From positions 6,882,001 through 6,946,000 of the forward strand of contig CM022672.1 of assembly GCA_012295275.1 (NCBI GenBank): a DNA stretch of 64,000 bases, read 5' to 3'. Shown piece by piece: positions 59,699-64,000 of the stretch. Below the pieces are notes generated by a model, which saw only the letters and a program-made list of their open reading frames with translations, was not told the origin of the DNA and ran no database searches. Position numbers and translations under genes: made by a program. The stretch comes from Chrysomallon squamiferum. Its lineage: Eukaryota > Animalia > Mollusca. Position 1 is the stretch's first letter. Every line of letters starts with the position of its first letter.

Positions 59699-62218
59699 TC
59701 CATTAATTCATTTATTTTAATTTAGTTTAGTTTACAAAGTATACTAATCGTTTGCACAACATATATTTAATTCGTTATTCATTTTGAAACAGAGAAAGTT
59801 ATCTTGTTTATGTTTAAAACATATGTACTTATTCTTAAAATCATTATATTACTCATTGTATGTTACCTCTGATTCAAAACAAATGTTATACGTCCCTTCG
59901 TTTTATAATTATATTTATTATATAAACTGTGAAAAGTGTAAAAAGAAGAAAACAAAAATGTTGCAATACGTAAAAGCGTTATGTGTAAAGTCCTGATCAA
60001 AAATAGATTGAAAATGATTTTAAAACGTAGGATTGTGGTAAGATATACGTAGCTTGTTGAACAGGGATATTAGTCATACAATGAAACAGTTGTCTGAAGT
60101 TAATTAGGAATTTTGGGACCGAAACTGATATCACCTTTGCTATGTCTTATTAGGCCGGTCATTATAAAACGGTCAGAAAAGTGATAAAATATTGGAAACG
60201 ATTTTGAAACGATTTTGGAAACGATTTTTTCCCTGGTTACATATTAATGACGTTATGCGAATGTACAATGCCAAATAATCTTCAGCTAAAAATATGTTTA
60301 ATATCTTGTAACATATAACATTTCTTCTTGTATGCCTCGTGCGTTCTGTTAACTATCTGTAAATTTTATTTTGTTTTTCTATTAAAACACTGCTGCACCA
60401 CTATGTGCTCTTTTATGAATGGTTCTATACAAAATTAATCTAATGATTGGAAAGTAATTCGAATATTTTTTATTTTTAGCAATTCTGAAGTAGACTGCAC
60501 ATTAAAAATGTTATAATCTTAAAATAAATAACTTCTATACTCTAATATTGTGTTATTTCCATTTTTCTGTATGTGACTTACTCCATTTGTGTTGACGTAC
60601 TCTCTAGTTAAGAAAAATATTGCGGATTTCTGAATACTGAATCTCATTTGAAAAATTATAATGACGTTTTAAAAAATTAATACGTTATAAAAAGTGATTT
60701 TTAATATAAATTATACCAAATCCAGTTTGATCGGTGTTAAATTTATTATTCCGCATTATGTGTGAAGTACTGAAATATTTTTCAGGTATATGATATTGAC
60801 ATCAATCATTTTTGATGGAATACAAATTAGTTTCTTATATTAAACATAATTTATCCTCTGAGTTTATTTTTTATTTATCAAAAAGCAAGAACATGTCAAA
60901 TACTTTCTTGATCACAAGATTAAATTGTACTCTCTTGCATTTAAATCGTTTAATCACACACAGTTTTCACCCGTTGCTAAGTTCGATCTGAAACTAAGTC
61001 TTGGAAGGATTGGCTTGTGGCTGACAGATATGATAGTCAGTCCTCTAATAGGATACTCCGTTTCCATTTTTATCAAAGATCAGTGATATATATGTGTTAG
61101 TTTGGCAAGGGACAAATAAAAGTTATAATTATTTACCGAGGTAAGAGATCTACACTTACCCTCCCCGAAACACTCACCCGCCACAAAACACCCACTAGTT
61201 ATGTATACCTTTATATTTAAATAAAATTTAAAGCACAGAATTATAAAATGTTGTTGATTTAAGCAATAAACATTGCTTTAATTATAACTGAGGTTGCGTT
61301 AAGCGTAGTGATTCGTCATTCGTCAATGATCAACTTACTGACAAAAGTTCGTTTAATAAGTAAACACGTCTGTTACGAAGATCAGTGCAAACTTTAGAAC
61401 ACAAATATTTTTGCATACTCCATAAAACAAGGTGAAAATGTGGCCATGTTGCTTGAACTTTAAATAGTATATCATTTGTTTCAAGCTACAACTTTAATTT
61501 ATTATTTAACACAGTGGTAAAATGAGAAATTTAATATGTGTGTAATTTTCACTCACCTATACACACAGACACATATACAGATATACATACGTACTATAAC
61601 AGTGCACACATATATACATGAATACTTAGCTATCTATCTAGCGATATACACACACATATACATACATATACATACCGTGTGATATACATACACACATACA
61701 TACATACATACAAGTTGTTTGTGTACAATACAGAACGCTTCTGTATATAATTTTAAAATGTTTTATGTATGTAAATAAATAATTTTTATTTTCAAATATG
61801 ATGGCAAAATAATAAATATGTAGAAAAAAATTACCCAGTGCATAGCTAATCAGCTTTCAAATTAAAATTAAAATACTATAATATACATTAAATCATATCG
61901 AACCCCTAGAGATAAAATTATAAAAGTATTCTTGAGCCAGTGCGCTTAATTCTTGTATACATACGTACATTCGTATACATGCATACGCAACCATTCATAC
62001 ACATATGAAATATGCATGTTACATCCAAACACACACACACATACACACACATATATTCATTTACGATTTAGTCCGGTTGCCAAACCCCAGATTTTTAGAG
62101 AACCTTGCAGTACAGTCCGTACAAAGTTTTATGGCTGTTTCTATACCTCTGAGATGTGCTCTTTAAGAATCTGATTGTACCACTCTGTCATCCTTGGGCA
62201 ATCCGCACAATATGTAAA

Positions 62219-62542
62219 TTAAGGCCGCCATTACTGAAAATCTTGTTTTCGTCAATATCTCAGCAACAATGCATGGTATCAAAATAATTTTAGTGTCTAT
62301 CCCCATGTTTTGAGGAGTAAAGAATCAGATTAAGCCATTTCAGTCAAAATCACACCAATATTTTCTGCTGAATAGGCATATTAAGGCCGCCATTACTGAA
62401 ACTCTCGTTTTCGTCAATATCTCAGTAACTACACATGGTATCAAAATAATTTTGGTGTCTATTCACATGTTTTTAGGGGTAAAGAATCAGATTAAACCAT
62501 TACAGTATTGATCACACCAATATTTTCTGCAAAATATGCAGA
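62219..62542. repeat. Two tandem ~162-bp subterminal repeats of the transposon
   Basis: Copies start at 62219 and 62381 with ttaaggccgccattactgaaa..ct.gttttcgtcaatatctcag and align over their whole length. Confidence 0.92.
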
Positions 62543-62664
62543 AATCAACTTCAATGTATATCCGAGTCGTTACAGAACATCCCCTTTACTTATGCTGATG
62601 CATGTTGCCATTACTGATTTGACTCAGTCCTCAAACAAGTCACATTCAACAACATTGTCACAAT

Positions 62665-64000
62665 CATCATCAACCCGTCTTCATCATGATGGTCTTCGTG
62701 CGGACGGAACGAGAGGCAGACTGGCCACTCCACTTCTGGGCAGTAGAGCAAATGATGCCATACTTTTTTGCCTCTGCTCACTTCAACTACTCGAGATACG
62801 GGTTGTACTACCAGAGTACAATGAAGCGTCTCCCACCTGAAGTGCTTCAGAGCTTCATGAGAGGTGAACACACCATGTGTCACTAGCCGGGACTCTGGAA
62901 CGGGATCAAGTCCGACATGTGGATAGAGACAACCTTCATACGTTACGGGCATGGTCCAAACGGAATCATAGCATAACCCTGAAGCCCGAAACCCTAAAAC
63001 AATCGGCATACAGTATGCACACCTGCAGCATGATCGTTCAAGATATCGCGGACATGTCCGATGACAGTGAAGAGAGGGAGGTGACGAGTCATAAAGAAGA
63101 GAAGCCACCATGCATCACTTCGGATGCCAAGGACAGGGACAAGATACGAGATAAACTTCTGACCTGCATCGATCCCCTGGATCCAACTGGTCATCCCTCT
63201 GGTTTGATCAATGTCGTTACTGGTCGGATAGCACCTGAAACGGTGAACGCACATGACGCAGTGGATATTGGGAATGGTCAACTTGTGTCATTTGAAAAGA
63301 GCTGGCTTGGCGGATTTAATGCATCCTCATCCAAGTTGGTGGTGACCATGGCAGTGAAGAGAAAGGCAGTAAGGGTTGGGAACAATAATGTGTATGACAC
63401 GAATCTCATCTACTCGCGGGTACTAGGGTTGCAACAGTCTAGAGACATTGATATCAAAACTGTCCTTGCGCATGAACTGTCACTCGTGCCTACCTCAATG
63501 TTTGATGATGAAGGCAAAATGAGAATCGCAACTACGAAATCAACGCTGAAGAAGAAGCTGCAGGTGACTGTGTCCCAGCGTTTGGTTGAGAAACCAGAGG
63601 TAGAAATACTGGATGGCTGTGCTATCCTTTGGGTTATAAACTGGCCTAATCAAGGAACGGTGGCAGATTTTGTCAACGGCTTCACGAGGAATGTGATGAA
63701 AAGTGTGGCAAGCCAGGACACAAACCTGAACGCTACTTCGACTTCAGCATTAAAAGTGGAACGCGGGTAGCTCGAGCTGATGACAAAGGAGCCGACGACA
63801 CAAACTGCAGTTACATACTCCATTGCCACCCCAGAAGGTTGTCCTTACAGTAACTGAGAATAAGGTACACGTCATAGATCTGACATGTCAGAATTTGATC
63901 CAGAAAGCACAGGACGAGCCGAACGAACGCAGTCTGGTCATTACCTCTACTGACTCTGTACCACTTGTAATTCAGGATGGCATTGTCTTCCGTAGGGAAG
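62665..64000 (+). pseudogene. Transposase/XPG-like nuclease pseudogene of the Academ-type element
   Basis: Stitched frames: PVFIMMVFVRTEREADWPLHFWAVEQMMPYFFASAHFNYSRYGLYY...GEHTMCH*PGLWNGIKSDMWIETTFIRYGHGPNGII (stop 62884-62886, frameshift ~62970) /ITLKPETLK...IYSRVLGLQQSRDIDIKTVLAHELSLVPTSMFDDEGKMR...KSTLKKKL...ILDGCAILWVINWP (frameshift ~63730) /RYFDFSIKSGTRVARA (frameshift ~63785) /SRRHKLQLHTPLPPQKVVLTVTENKVHVIDL. The N-terminal part of the transposase is absent. Confidence 0.8.

Larger units (their letters stand above)
62069..64000 (+). mobile_element. Decayed, internally deleted Academ-type (AcademX-like) DNA transposon; left end present, truncated by the window edge
   Basis: Abrupt switch from microsatellite to complex sequence at TAGTCCGGTTGCCAAACC (Academ termini begin with TAG, from recall). 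Subterminal tandem repeats follow, then a GC-richer interrupted coding region with transposase-like and XPG/PIN-like blocks. The superfamily call rests on recalled motifs and the AcademX architecture (transposase + XPG nuclease + Cys-rich finger). Confidence 0.72.

Noticed and set aside
62181-62195. CAC-starting terminus suggesting a CMC/Transib element
   Set aside because: Complex sequence extends further left to a TAG at 62069, and the protein blocks fit Academ better.

Overview
AT-rich, microsatellite-dense animal genomic DNA. A mollusc, probably a gastropod, is inferred from the SINE types and gene content but is not proven. Three host genes are supported. (1) A minus-strand aminergic GPCR of the invertebrate-type dopamine receptor (Dop1R2/INDR) clade, with an uninterrupted coding region at 8523-10154. 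(2) A 3-exon STELLO-like (DUF288) type II membrane putative glycosyltransferase at 48185-51530 (+). (3) A 13-exon secreted animal haem peroxidase at 52813-59035 (+). I rebuilt the two spliced models by hand; all introns are GT-AG and the phases are consistent. A decayed Academ-type DNA transposon starts at about 62069 and runs off the right edge. The ~37 kb between the GPCR and STELLO-like genes has no recognisable coding exons, only micro/minisatellites, SINE copies, a MITE-like element and candidate regulatory motifs. Almost all other ORFs in the track are microsatellite or shadow artefacts. I did not find a clear-cut new multi-gene system. The best leads are a peroxidase lacking both haem-ester residues, a STELLO-like protein with a degenerate N-terminal catalytic motif, and short locally copied sequences around the dopamine receptor.
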